Shown: positions 47,365 to 56,810, numbered from the stretch's first letter. The stretch: DNA of 64,000 nucleotides from Candidatus Nomurabacteria bacterium (GCA_020631905.1 JACKGQ010000001.1:549854-613853), one strand, 5' to 3'. Notes: generated from the sequence alone by a model not told the origin. Numbers and translations: made by a program.

Positions 47365-48732
47365 CTAGACGTGCTTAAACCAGAGCTGACCCTGGGGGGT
47401 ATCTTTGATGCCGATACCCTCTTTCAACAAGTGATCACGTAGCTCGTCACTTTTTTGCCAGTCTTTGTTGTCGCGTGCTTTTCGACGTTGTTCGAGCATG
47501 AGTTTTTGAGCACTAGATATGTCTTCCGATGATAAATCTATGCCGAGCAAGTCGCTAATGCACGTTAGGCTGTCTTTTGCAGGTGCCCTACCGGCTTTTT
47601 CGACATCGTCAAAATAGACGTCGATGATAGCCAGGGCTTTTGGTGTGTCGAGGTCGTCGTCTAGGGCTGCCACAATATCTTCTGATATGTCTTTGTCGTA
47701 TCCTGGTAATTGCCAAGATCTGTCGGCGACAGCTTGCCAGTTGTTTAGCCGATTTTGAGCAGCTTCTAAGATTGTCCAAGTAAAATTGCCCTCTGTCCGA
47801 TAATGCTTGCTTAAGATGAGCAACTTGAAAGCTTGCAGACTAAAACTCTTATCTAATATGTCCTGCAAGCTGTAAACATTACCAAGCGACTTAGACATCT
47901 TAGAATCATTAACTCGTAAATGGTTGTTATGTAGCCAGATTTGAGCAAACTGCTTACCCGTTAACGATTCTGTCTGGGCAATCTCGTTGGTATGGTGAAC
48001 CGGAATATGATCGACCCCACCAGCATGGATATCGATTTGATCGCCTAGGCCTTCGCGGGCAATTACCGAGCACTCTAAGTGCCAACCCGGGAAGCCTTTA
48101 CCCCACGGGCTGTCCCACTCCATGTCGCGTTTTTGATCTTCTGGCGAAAACTTCCAGACTGCAAAATCAGTAATGTTCTTTTTGCCTTCGACCGATACCC
48201 TAGCACCTGCTTCTAGTCCCGCAATATCTAACTTGGCTAATTTGCCGTAGTCTTTAAGTTTGGCTGTGTCAAAGTACAAGCCATCGCCAGGAATTTCATA
48301 AGTAAAGCCGGCTTTTTCTAGTTGTTTTACAAATTCGATTTGCTGGTCGATTAGGTTAGTGGCACGAATAAGTTTTGGTTGTTTGAGTCCAAGCAGTTCA
48401 TAACCTTCGTGGTCGGCAATTGCAATATATTTTTCGGCAACGTCCCAGGCGGTTAGACCCTCGCTGCGAGCGCCTTTTTCCATCTTATCTTCGCCGGCGT
48501 CATCGTCGCTAGTTAAGTGTCCAACATCCGTAATGTTTTGGACTCGATTGACCTGCAAGCCATGGTGCCCGAGTAGTCTAGTAAGCACATCCCAATAGAT
48601 ATAGCCAACCCAGTTACCAATGTGTGGTTGGCTATAAACGGTAAGACCACAGTTATAAAAACTCACTTGACCAGCTTTTAGCGGCTTGAGCTCGTCTTTT
48701 TGACGAGTAAGTGTGTTATATAGCTTAATCAT
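47365..48732 (-). CDS. cysS: Cysteinyl-tRNA synthetase
   Basis: 455 aa with the HIGN (HIGH-class) and KMSKSLGN motifs and a CysRS-like order. Confidence 0.95.
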   Translation of the reverse strand: MIKLYNTLTRQKDELKPLKAGQVSFYNCGLTVYSQPHIGNWVGYIYWDVLTRLLGHHGLQVNRVQNITDVGHLTSDDDAGEDKMEKGARSEGLTAWDVAEKYIAIADHEGYELLGLKQPKLIRATNLIDQQIEFVKQLEKAGFTYEIPGDGLYFDTAKLKDYGKLAKLDIAGLEAGARVSVEGKKNITDFAVWKFSPEDQKRDMEWDSPWGKGFPGWHLECSVIAREGLGDQIDIHAGGVDHIPVHHTNEIAQTESLTGKQFAQIWLHNNHLRVNDSKMSKSLGNVYSLQDILDKSFSLQAFKLLILSKHYRTEGNFTWTILEAAQNRLNNWQAVADRSWQLPGYDKDISEDIVAALDDDLDTPKALAIIDVYFDDVEKAGRAPAKDSLTCISDLLGIDLSSEDISSAQKLMLEQRRKARDNKDWQKSDELRDHLLKEGIGIKDTPQGQLWFKHV

Positions 48733-48734
48733 TA

Positions 48735-49080
48735 CAGTAATAATACCCTACCTTTAGACTCATCTCAATTAAGTCTACGGGTAGGGTGGCAGACGGAGTC
48801 CAGCGCACCCGTTTGGTTGGTCTCTTCGGTTGTCAGTCTGCTCCAAAGACGTTACGGCACCAGTAGCTACCTCTCAGTTTCATGAGCAGCGTTCTGCCGT
48901 ATAAGACACCTTCGTATTTGAAACCCTTGGGTTTCTCCTTCCCTACGTGTGACGATGCCTCTAATATTGCACCACGTTCTGTGCTCTGGTAGTGCTTCGG
49001 GCCCTTGCGGTGGCGCCGGTAGCGATGCATTTCAGACTCCTGTCTGCCTCCGGAGCCTGCTAAAGTGCTCCAGACTAAAA
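48735..49080 (-). promoter_or_regulatory. Highly structured, unclassified 5' leader / ncRNA upstream of cysS, with terminator-antiterminator potential
   Basis: Minus sense:
- 5' hairpin 49050-49056/49067-49073;
- 13-bp closing helix with one bulged A (49035-49048 pairing with 48788-48800) enclosing about 230 nt rich in local hairpins;
- directly followed by a 13-bp interrupted hairpin (48746-48786) and UAUUAUU, 14 nt before the cysS ATG;
- GGGUG (48806-48810) can alternatively pair with CACCC (48784-48788). Confidence 0.45.
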
Positions 49081-49090
49081 GAGTATACCG

Positions 49091-50113
49091 CTAGAGGTAG
49101 TTGATTAAAAGCTCATGCGTTTTGCGGAGAACATCATTTTTAACCGTGTCGAAATCGAGTTCGGCGCCTTCGAATTTTATACCGCTGGCATAAGTATGAC
49201 CACCGCCACCAAAAGCCTCGGCCAAGTCTTGGCCAACCGGCGCGCTGCGATCGCAACGGATGCGCACCGTAACTCTGACTAACCTGCCCTCCTGCATGTA
49301 CTGCTTAAAACCTAGGGTTACTTTAACCCCCTCGACCATACGTAACTCGTCGAGAATAATCGTTGGGTTGAACTTCATACTGTGTTCTTTAATCTCGTCG
49401 TGCGGTATAACAATGCTCGCAATTGTACCTTCATTGCTAAACTCGACACGCTGTAATAACTCGCCTTTATAGGGGACAAGCGCGCGGTTATATTTGAGGC
49501 TTTCAAGTCGTTTCTGGTGTAATTCGGCAAGGTCGACACCGTAGTCTACGAGTTCTGCCAGATCGCGCAGGACTTGAGAGTTACCTTTCATGGCGTCAGT
49601 TGTAAGACCGAGCGTATCACTTAAGATACTACTTGCAAGATAACTACTACTGGCTTGATCGATCTTCCAGCCAATCTGTTTAGCCAGGCGATAGATTACC
49701 TGTCCGGTTGAAACAGCTGTTTGATCGATGACACTAGCTGCTGCGTAACTAATAGTACTTTCGGTGGCATGGTGATCAATAATTATTAGAGGACGTTTTT
49801 CTAGATTAATCTGCTCGCGGTTTCGAAGGTTCTGTAGCAACGAATCACTTGCATTGTCTACCATGATTGCCAGATCGTAGTCACTGGCAAAAACATTCAA
49901 GACTCGATCCCAACCATCAAGGTGCCTAAGGTGATTAGGCATATCAATCGAACAGTATAGATATACATCTTTGCCCAGCTCACCTAATATCTGCTCGAGT
50001 GCTAAGCTACTAGCCAAACTGTCGCCATCTGGGTTATCGGCTTGTAGTACCACGATTTTTTGGGCAGATTTGATAAGTTGGTCGATGACTTGGAGTTGTT
50101 TATCCATTGGCAA
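49091..50113 (-). CDS. nrnA: DHH/DHHA1 phosphoesterase (NrnA-like oligoribonuclease / pAp phosphatase)
   Basis: 340 aa with the DNPDGDS, IIIDHH and GGGGHTYASG motifs. Confidence 0.8.
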   Translation of the reverse strand: MPMDKQLQVIDQLIKSAQKIVVLQADNPDGDSLASSLALEQILGELGKDVYLYCSIDMPNHLRHLDGWDRVLNVFASDYDLAIMVDNASDSLLQNLRNREQINLEKRPLIIIDHHATESTISYAAASVIDQTAVSTGQVIYRLAKQIGWKIDQASSSYLASSILSDTLGLTTDAMKGNSQVLRDLAELVDYGVDLAELHQKRLESLKYNRALVPYKGELLQRVEFSNEGTIASIVIPHDEIKEHSMKFNPTIILDELRMVEGVKVTLGFKQYMQEGRLVRVTVRIRCDRSAPVGQDLAEAFGGGGHTYASGIKFEGAELDFDTVKNDVLRKTHELLINYL

Positions 50114-50717
50114 ACTCCCGCCTATTTTCTAAGGCACGACTAAGTGTAATCTGATCGGCATATTCGATATCTGTGCCAATCGGTAATCCTTGAGCTAAAC
50201 GTGTTAGCTTAATATCGAAACCTTCAAGGTTTTGCTTGATTAAATATGCAGTTGATTCGCCCTCGACACTTGCATTGGTAGCAAGAATGATTTCTTTTAT
50301 TTTATCTGATTTAACGCGTTCGATTAGTTGACCGATTCTTAAATTTTCCGGCCCTATCCCATCTATTGGACTCAAGAGCCCACCCAGAACATGATATGTA
50401 CCATTAAAGCTTCCGGTGGCTTCGAGTGAAATTACGTCTAAAGGTTCTGCAACTACTGCCACAACTGTTTTATCACGTTCAGGATCGGTATATAGTCTCG
50501 ACAGAGTCTGATCTGCTGGTACTAGTGCAAAGGTTTTCTGGCAGTAACCTACCCCAGAATGGAGTTTTTCTAAGGCGCTGGCAAGTTGGATGGTTTTAGC
50601 TGGGTCGCTTTTAAGTAAATAGTACGCATAACGCTCGGCACTTCTTGAGCCAACTCCTGGCAAGACTCGAAGTGCCTCGATTAGATCTTCTAGACTTTTC
50701 GGCAAAAGTGCAGACAA
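50100..50717 (-). CDS. recR: Recombination protein RecR (zinc-finger cysteines not conserved)
   Basis: 205 aa. N-terminal HhH (LRVLPGVGSRSAERYAYYLL), Toprim region (VVAEPLDV...ATNASVEGESTA) and a C-terminal motif. Only one Cys sits where the C4 finger normally lies. Confidence 0.9.
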   Translation of the reverse strand: MSALLPKSLEDLIEALRVLPGVGSRSAERYAYYLLKSDPAKTIQLASALEKLHSGVGYCQKTFALVPADQTLSRLYTDPERDKTVVAVVAEPLDVISLEATGSFNGTYHVLGGLLSPIDGIGPENLRIGQLIERVKSDKIKEIILATNASVEGESTAYLIKQNLEGFDIKLTRLAQGLPIGTDIEYADQITLSRALENRREFANG

Positions 50718-50725
50718 AATTACTC

Positions 50726-51019
50726 CTATAAACCTAGGTTGCCGAGCATGCCCATAAATGGTGCCATTTTTTCTGCGGCTACTTTTTGACTTTGAGCAAT
50801 AGCTTCTTGGAACGCTTCTTCAATCCAACTCTCGAGCTGACCGATGTCTTCTAGATCGACTTCGTCTGGATCAATATGAACTTTTTTAAGTTTCTGTTCG
50901 CCAGTCATTTCTACAACTACAGCTCCACCACCACCTTCTGCTTCTATAATCGTTTTCTTTAATTCTTTCTGTACTTTCTTGACTTGCATGAGCATTTTTG
51001 CCTGGTCTAGTTTACCCAT
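50726..51019 (-). CDS. ybaB: YbaB/EbfC nucleoid-associated protein
   Basis: 97 aa. ...KVQKELKKTIIEAEGGGGAVVVEMTGEQKLKKVHIDP... is a typical YbaB pattern. Confidence 0.85.
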   Translation of the reverse strand: MGKLDQAKMLMQVKKVQKELKKTIIEAEGGGGAVVVEMTGEQKLKKVHIDPDEVDLEDIGQLESWIEEAFQEAIAQSQKVAAEKMAPFMGMLGNLGL

Positions 51020-51044
51020 TTTTCCTCCAAATATCTTGAATTAA

Positions 51045-52250
51045 CTACTTTATATTAACAGAATAGATGTCCCTTGTCTGCGGAGAGTTAGACCAAGCAA
51101 TGAAATATCGGCTTAGCTGATAGTATGAGCTTACACTTACCAATATGGCCACCACCATAACCGACAAAATCTTGGCAATTGGATTAACGGGGAATACTTT
51201 TCTCCATAAATTTAAAAACTCATATAATCCGCTAATGATGAAAAGTGCCACCAGTGGTAATAGGAGACTAAAGCCCGGGCTATTAATACCGCCACTAAGA
51301 GCCGTCATAAGCAAGATTATTAAAGTACTACCAAAAAGAATTAAGCTGCGCCGGTCACTACTTGTGCGTTCATGGTGATATACACCTAGAGTTACCATCA
51401 CCACACCAAATATATCTAATAAAGGCAGGTTACCAACCCATTGGGCTGGATTCGCTGGTGCGTACCAGAAAATTGCAGCTAAACTCGAACGCAAATTAAC
51501 TAGAAGTGTATGTAAATTTGGCAAATCATCTGGAATACCTAAGATTTTAGATGTTTGGCCATAATTCTTTAGACCACCAAAAACATACAGCAAGATGATA
51601 CTTATTATGCCTATACCTATAAGTGCCCAGAGCCAGATCGGTACTACTTTCAATAAATTTCTTTCTTTGAATACGGCTAGCAGAAGACCAGCTAGAATTA
51701 ATAATGGTATAAACGGCACAAACATGCCAAAGACTAATGCAACTCCCGTGAATATAGACGGTAGTATTTTTTTGGGTCGATATATTAACCAGAGCATACC
51801 AGTAAAAATACTCAGTAAGACCGCAATTCCCATTATCTGTGGCGTACCAACTCGACCTATCTGGAGAAGCCAGCTACAAGAAACAAAAACTGTTGCGCCC
51901 ACGATCGCGAGTTCTGTCGAGAACCATCGATTAATGATAAGTAGGATGTTGAAGGTAGCCAAAAAAGCCAAACTGGCACTAATAATTCTTGCTGCTAATA
52001 TGCCATCAGTGACGACGAATCTGAGCGCGTATACGAGTAAGTAGTACGGCCAATACAGAATGTTATCAAGTAAATTCGGGAAAGAATTTGTGGCGACCTC
52101 TACTAATCTTTCTTCTTGGCTATAGCCACCAACTAGCGTTCTTAATTGTACGAAAAGTAGAAGCAAACTAACTGCTAAAAACAATGAAACACTTAGCTCA
52201 AGTGGCCAATGTGTACGTACGAACTTAACAAATTTTTTCACCCTATTCAC
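51045..52250 (-). CDS. Polytopic membrane protein (possible GT-C-type glycosyltransferase; function uncertain)
   Basis: 401 aa with about 10 predicted TM segments. No firm motif. Confidence 0.45.
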   Translation of the reverse strand: MNRVKKFVKFVRTHWPLELSVSLFLAVSLLLLFVQLRTLVGGYSQEERLVEVATNSFPNLLDNILYWPYYLLVYALRFVVTDGILAARIISASLAFLATFNILLIINRWFSTELAIVGATVFVSCSWLLQIGRVGTPQIMGIAVLLSIFTGMLWLIYRPKKILPSIFTGVALVFGMFVPFIPLLILAGLLLAVFKERNLLKVVPIWLWALIGIGIISIILLYVFGGLKNYGQTSKILGIPDDLPNLHTLLVNLRSSLAAIFWYAPANPAQWVGNLPLLDIFGVVMVTLGVYHHERTSSDRRSLILFGSTLIILLMTALSGGINSPGFSLLLPLVALFIISGLYEFLNLWRKVFPVNPIAKILSVMVVAILVSVSSYYQLSRYFIAWSNSPQTRDIYSVNIK

Positions 52251-52280
52251 GCTTAAACTTATTATCGCATATTTGTAGGT

Positions 52281-53648
52281 CTATTTAAAAGGATCTTCTG
52301 GAGGAGCTTGGCGATGGCTAATTGAACGGTAGCGCTGTTTTGCTTTGTCGAAGAATAATTCTACTGTGTCTGTTGGACCGTTTCGATGTTTCCGAATCAT
52401 TACATCCAATATTCCTGGCTTCTGCGTATTTTCTGGATTGTAGTATTCGTCGCGATACAGAAATGCTACCACGTCGGCATCTTGCTCGATTGAACCCGAT
52501 TCACGCAAGTCCGAAAGCTGCGGATGTGGCGGTGTCCGGGACTCAACACTACGACTTAGCTGACTCAGAGCAATCACCGGTACATTTAGCTCTCTTGCAA
52601 CTAGCTTTAGCCCACGACTAATTTCGGATATTTCTTGGACACGGTTAAAATCGTTGCCACGTCCACCACCACTCATTAACTGAAGATAGTCAACAATTAT
52701 TAAACCAAGTTGGCGTTGATGCTGTTCTCGCTTTGCTTTTGTACGGAGTTCACTTATGGTTAGTCCTGGTGTGTCATCGATAAAAATTGGGGCTTCGCCA
52801 AGCGTACCCATGGCTCGACCAATACGCTCGAAGTCTTGATCGCTTAAGTTACCGGTACGAATGTTCCAAGCGTCAACTCCAGATTCAACCGATAGAAGTC
52901 GATCTACCAGCTGCTCTTTACTCATTTCTAGGTTAAACATCAAGACTGGCTGGCCAGCTTTGACGGCCACATTGTGGGCAAGTTGTAGGCTGAAAGCAGT
53001 CTTACCCATAGCTGGACGGGCAGCGATGACGATCAGATCACTTTTCTGTAAACCAGCCAAAACATTGTCTAGATCTTTGAAACCGGTTGAAACACCACGT
53101 AGTTTACCTTTGTCGCGATGGAGCTCGTCTAGACGCTCGAAACTGGCTGCTAAAATATTTTCTAAGCTCTCGACATCTTGCTGGATGTGTTGCTGGCTAA
53201 CTTTAAATAACTCTGTTTCGGCGGCATCGATTACTTCGCTCACCTCTTTTGCCTCGTCGTAGCCTAGCGTTACAAGTTCTTCACTCACCTTGATTAACTT
53301 TCGGCGTGTAGACTTTGAGGCAACTATCTCAGCGTACTCTTCTGCGTGAGCAGCCGTTGGTACCATATTAGTAAGTTCCGCTAGATAGCTCGATCCACCA
53401 ACTACATCTAAGAATCCATCTTCTTTTAGTTGGTTACTGACCGTAAGAACATCGATTGGTCGATGCCCTGAATAAAGTTTATTGACAGCTTCGTAGATCA
53501 ACCCATGTCGTTGATCGTAAAAATCTTCCTTGACAACAATATCTGCAATTCGAACAATTGCATCTGCATCGACAAATAAGCTTCCGAGTAAACTACTTTC
53601 GGCGTCTAGGTTGTGTGGCGGTATTTTGGGATCCATAGAACTACTCAT
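52281..53648 (-). CDS. dnaB: Replicative DNA helicase DnaB
   Basis: 455 aa. N-terminal PPHNLDAESSLLGS, Walker A ARPAMGKTAF, and the RecA-like C-terminal domain motifs. Confidence 0.95.
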   Translation of the reverse strand: MSSSMDPKIPPHNLDAESSLLGSLFVDADAIVRIADIVVKEDFYDQRHGLIYEAVNKLYSGHRPIDVLTVSNQLKEDGFLDVVGGSSYLAELTNMVPTAAHAEEYAEIVASKSTRRKLIKVSEELVTLGYDEAKEVSEVIDAAETELFKVSQQHIQQDVESLENILAASFERLDELHRDKGKLRGVSTGFKDLDNVLAGLQKSDLIVIAARPAMGKTAFSLQLAHNVAVKAGQPVLMFNLEMSKEQLVDRLLSVESGVDAWNIRTGNLSDQDFERIGRAMGTLGEAPIFIDDTPGLTISELRTKAKREQHQRQLGLIIVDYLQLMSGGGRGNDFNRVQEISEISRGLKLVARELNVPVIALSQLSRSVESRTPPHPQLSDLRESGSIEQDADVVAFLYRDEYYNPENTQKPGILDVMIRKHRNGPTDTVELFFDKAKQRYRSISHRQAPPEDPFK

Positions 53649-55080
53649 TGACTAACTCCGCGCCTTTAAAAATTTTCATAACATTCTCTGGTACTTTGGG
53701 TTCTTCGGCAGGTGTTTTGGCTTCTTCTGGGGCACTGAATTCAGTGCTAGGCGGTTCTACGTTACGATCATGGACTATATGTAAGTCTCCGAAACTAATT
53801 CCTAGATCATGAATTAAGTTTTCTAAAAAGCTTTTGTTGTTTGCATCCTCGATCCGTTTAACATGAAACGGAAACGCAAAGCTTAAGGTTAGCTCGCCTG
53901 CCTCGACTTTAGTTTTGGCCATTCTTAAAATACCATACAGTGTGTTGCGCTTAAGCTTAACTTGGTCTAATATTTTCTGCCAATCAGTAACTTCTATAAC
54001 TTTATTGACTAAACTTGTATCAGGCTCGACCGTTATCTCAGATTTTTTGTCGGATTTTTCAATAATGGGTTTCTTGGTCTTTTTTTGTCCGGCTTTGTCT
54101 GACGTTTGAGGTGCTTGTGTGTAGGTATCATCTGACTTCGGTTGTGAGAGTAATATTATTTCTAACTCTGCTTCTGGATGACGTGAGTTTGGCAAGTCCA
54201 GTAACTGTTTGAGCAGTTTCAGATCGTTTTCTGTGTCTGGGCTTTTGTTTAAATTCGCACGTAGTTGTTTGGCTATCTGCAAGCCTAAGACAGTCGGATC
54301 GTTGCCTCGATTAATAGCATCACGGTAATTGTTGATTATTGTTAATATGTCGCCCTGACGCATAACTTCGATCAGTGAAGATACGGTATGGGCACTGGCA
54401 ACGCCTAGAACTGATCTGGTATCAGTTTCAGTAACCTTGTCAGACAAGCTAGCTAGCTGATCGAGTAAACTCAGAGCATCCCGAAAACTACCTCCGGAGT
54501 GTTCGGCAATTAACTCTAACGACTTATCGTCAATCTGGATATTCTCGAGTTTGGCAATCTTACGAAGCTGAATGATGGCAGTCTCTGGACTAATTGGGCG
54601 AAAGGCATAGCGTTGACAGCGGCTAATTATGGTTTCTGGTACCTTGTGTAGTTCGGTGGTAGCCAGAATGAAAACTGCATGAGCAGGTGGTTCCTCGAGT
54701 GTTTTTAGTAAGGCATTGAATGCCTCGCGCGTTAGCATATGTACTTCGTCTATGATATAGACTTTGTATTTTAACAAAGAAGGAACTATGTTGATCTTGT
54801 CGCGTAGTTCACGTATCTCGTCGATACGCCGGTTGCTGGCTGCATCGATTTCGATAATATCTACATAAGTTTTCGATTCGTCGTATTCAATATTATTGAT
54901 CTCGTGAGCCAAGATACGAGCAATACTCGTCTTACCAACTCCCCGCGGTCCGGTAAATAAGTAGGCGTGCGATATCTGATTTTTTTTCAAGGCAGCTTCG
55001 AGCACCTCAGTAATGTGCTGCTGGCCGATTACTTCGCTCAACGTTTTTGAACGATATTTTCTGTATAGTACCTGTCCCAT
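53641..55080 (-). CDS. dnaX: DNA polymerase III subunit gamma/tau
   Basis: 479 aa. GPRGVGKTS, IIDEVHML and SRCQ motifs, with a K-rich linker containing an A-AAA-AAG slippery heptamer (54079-54085). Confidence 0.92.
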   Translation of the reverse strand: MGQVLYRKYRSKTLSEVIGQQHITEVLEAALKKNQISHAYLFTGPRGVGKTSIARILAHEINNIEYDESKTYVDIIEIDAASNRRIDEIRELRDKINIVPSLLKYKVYIIDEVHMLTREAFNALLKTLEEPPAHAVFILATTELHKVPETIISRCQRYAFRPISPETAIIQLRKIAKLENIQIDDKSLELIAEHSGGSFRDALSLLDQLASLSDKVTETDTRSVLGVASAHTVSSLIEVMRQGDILTIINNYRDAINRGNDPTVLGLQIAKQLRANLNKSPDTENDLKLLKQLLDLPNSRHPEAELEIILLSQPKSDDTYTQAPQTSDKAGQKKTKKPIIEKSDKKSEITVEPDTSLVNKVIEVTDWQKILDQVKLKRNTLYGILRMAKTKVEAGELTLSFAFPFHVKRIEDANNKSFLENLIHDLGISFGDLHIVHDRNVEPPSTEFSAPEEAKTPAEEPKVPENVMKIFKGAELVNE

Positions 55081-55165
55081 AAATCAACACTAGTATACCC
55101 GAACATCAATCAGTCGTCTGATGTAATTTCTATACTCTCCACATTATAGATTGCGGAGATGTGGA

Positions 55166-55642
55166 CTAGATGTGGAACATATCTGCTTTTCCAACAATAA
55201 TCTGTTCGAGCTTATATTTTTTATGGTTTAGAGAAAATTCTTCATCATGTCTACGACCTTGAGCTGCTAAATACATAGGTGCTTGAGGTCCAATATGAAT
55301 CATGTCGGTTAATTCGATATTAATGTTTCCCAAATATACCTTAATTTGCGTATGATTATTGACCCTTAGAACTCCGATGTGGCCTGCCGATAATACACGG
55401 CCGTTTGTTTTCGGGTACGCATGTAATTTGCGTGCAGTCAATGACAAGAGCCAACTTCGACGATCCCACAGTCCGCCGACTTCATTCATAACCACATCTG
55501 CAGGTCCGTTATCGTGCCATGTTTCAGATGATTGATCATAAATTTGGCCGAGCTCAAGGCCAAGTTCTTTAATTCGTCGTTCGACGTTAAACAGTTGTTT
55601 TTCAGCCCATGCTTTTTCATGGGCATATAAATATTCCATCAT
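55166..55642 (-). CDS. GreA/GreB-family (Rnk-like) transcription factor homolog
   Basis: 158 aa. N-terminal coiled-coil-like region and a C-terminal pattern ...IGPQAPMYLAAQGRRHDEEF... resembling the GreA C-terminal domain (IS..SP.g.AL.G...Gd). Confidence 0.5.
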   Translation of the reverse strand: MMEYLYAHEKAWAEKQLFNVERRIKELGLELGQIYDQSSETWHDNGPADVVMNEVGGLWDRRSWLLSLTARKLHAYPKTNGRVLSAGHIGVLRVNNHTQIKVYLGNINIELTDMIHIGPQAPMYLAAQGRRHDEEFSLNHKKYKLEQIIVGKADMFHI

Positions 55643-55730
55643 AGTTTCCTTCCTATGTGTTAATTGCTTTAATAGACTCTTTTTTGGAGAGTATATAAAT
55701 CAGACTTGACGTGTATAGAGGTAGCTCAAC

Positions 55731-56243
55731 TTAGAGTGCGGCTTCGATGGCTGCCCATTCGGCATCGGTATCTTCTTCGGGTATATTTACACTTATTTGG
55801 TCGCCTGGTTTAGCCTTAAAGTAGGTAACGCTAGCTAAGAGAACGCGATATTTTTTACCAGAAGTCGTTTCCACGAAATAATGACCGTCTTGCTGAACAA
55901 GGGTTCCAACAACCTGTAAACGTGGTATTGGCCCGATCTGCTTATACATAAATGCGCCGTCATCGGCTATGGTCAGTTTTAGTATGTCGCCCTGGACGAG
56001 CTTTGATTTACTGGCATAATTGGCTGGGACTGGGTATGTTTTACCATCACTACCAACCATATTTTGGCCGTCAAATACACCTTCTATTACTTTACCGATA
56101 TTTTCGTCAACCGCAGATACGCTTACTCGTGCATCATCGCCGACTAAGCTTACTAATAATTCTTTGGCGGCAGCTAAAGATGTCTCTGCTTCGACTATCA
56201 GTGCTCGCAATCTTTTCACTTGTTTATCTGGTATATCAGACAT
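55731..56243 (-). CDS. Hypothetical protein (orphan)
   Basis: 170 aa with two internally similar segments (KTYPVPANYASKSKLVQGDIL / KKYRVLLASVTYFKAKPGDQI). No family recognised. Confidence 0.4.
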   Translation of the reverse strand: MSDIPDKQVKRLRALIVEAETSLAAAKELLVSLVGDDARVSVSAVDENIGKVIEGVFDGQNMVGSDGKTYPVPANYASKSKLVQGDILKLTIADDGAFMYKQIGPIPRLQVVGTLVQQDGHYFVETTSGKKYRVLLASVTYFKAKPGDQISVNIPEEDTDAEWAAIEAAL

Positions 56244-56360
56244 TTTATTTTTCTCGCATTTCTCTGTGCCCTCAAAGCCTCACACTTTTGTTTTTAGGTA
56301 CAGTTCATGCATACGCTAACAGAAATATTTTTATAAATCAACTTTTTGTTCGAAAACTGT

Positions 56361-56393
56361 GGATAAACAAATCAGACCCCTATAAGGGATCTG
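56361..56393 (-). terminator. Intrinsic terminator after rplL
   Basis: Minus sense: CAGAUCCC-uuaua-GGGGUCUG followed by AUUUGUUUAU. Confidence 0.5.
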
Positions 56394-56420
56394 AAATATT
56401 GTTGGCTATAGCTTCGCTTT

Positions 56421-56810
56421 TTAGGCTAGTTCGACTGTAGCGCCAGCTTCTTCAAGCTTAGCTTTAAGCTCCTCGGCTTCTTCTTTTGCTACTTTTTCTT
56501 TAACAGCTTTTGGAGCTTCGTCTACGATGGCTTTAGCTTCGCCTAGCCCTAAACCAGTGATGTCTTTAACTGCTTTGATGACGGCAACTTTTTGTGCGCC
56601 AGCATCTTTCAGAATTACATCAAACTCGCTCTTACCAGCTTCTTCTGCGCCGGCTTCACCTGCAGCTGCAGGGGCGGTCATAACTGCAGCTGCTGCTGCA
56701 GGTTCGATACCATACTCTTCTTTTAAGATTGTGCTGAGTTCGTTCACCTCAAGCACACTTAAGCCAACTAATTGTTCGGCAAACTTTTTTAAATCAACTT
56801 TTTCTGCCAT
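56421..56810 (-). CDS. rplL: 50S ribosomal protein L7/L12
   Basis: 129 aa. Ala-rich hinge and C-terminal ...[28 protein letters not shown].... Confidence 0.95.
   Translation of the reverse strand: MAEKVDLKKFAEQLVGLSVLEVNELSTILKEEYGIEPAAAAAVMTAPAAAGEAGAEEAGKSEFDVILKDAGAQKVAVIKAVKDITGLGLGEAKAIVDEAPKAVKEKVAKEEAEELKAKLEEAGATVELA

Noticed and set aside
48833-49030. 65-aa minus-strand ORF (MHRYRRHRKGPKHY...) between nrnA and cysS
   Set aside because: It lies entirely inside the densely base-paired leader region. It has no SD and a biased R/K/H/Y composition typical of translating structured GC-rich RNA. It is treated as non-coding.
48735-49080. Assignment of the cysS-upstream RNA to RNase P, T-box, SAM-I, glycine, M-box, cobalamin, FMN, lysine or TPP families
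   Set aside because: Short look-alike strings are present (GGUGCCGUAACG, GGAGCAG, ACAGAAC, ACCGAAGAG, CUGAGAG, UGGA). However, they occur in the wrong order or spacing. The universally conserved cores are absent, for example GGAAAGUCC of RNase P and GGGUGGNACCGCG of the T-box. The class is left open.
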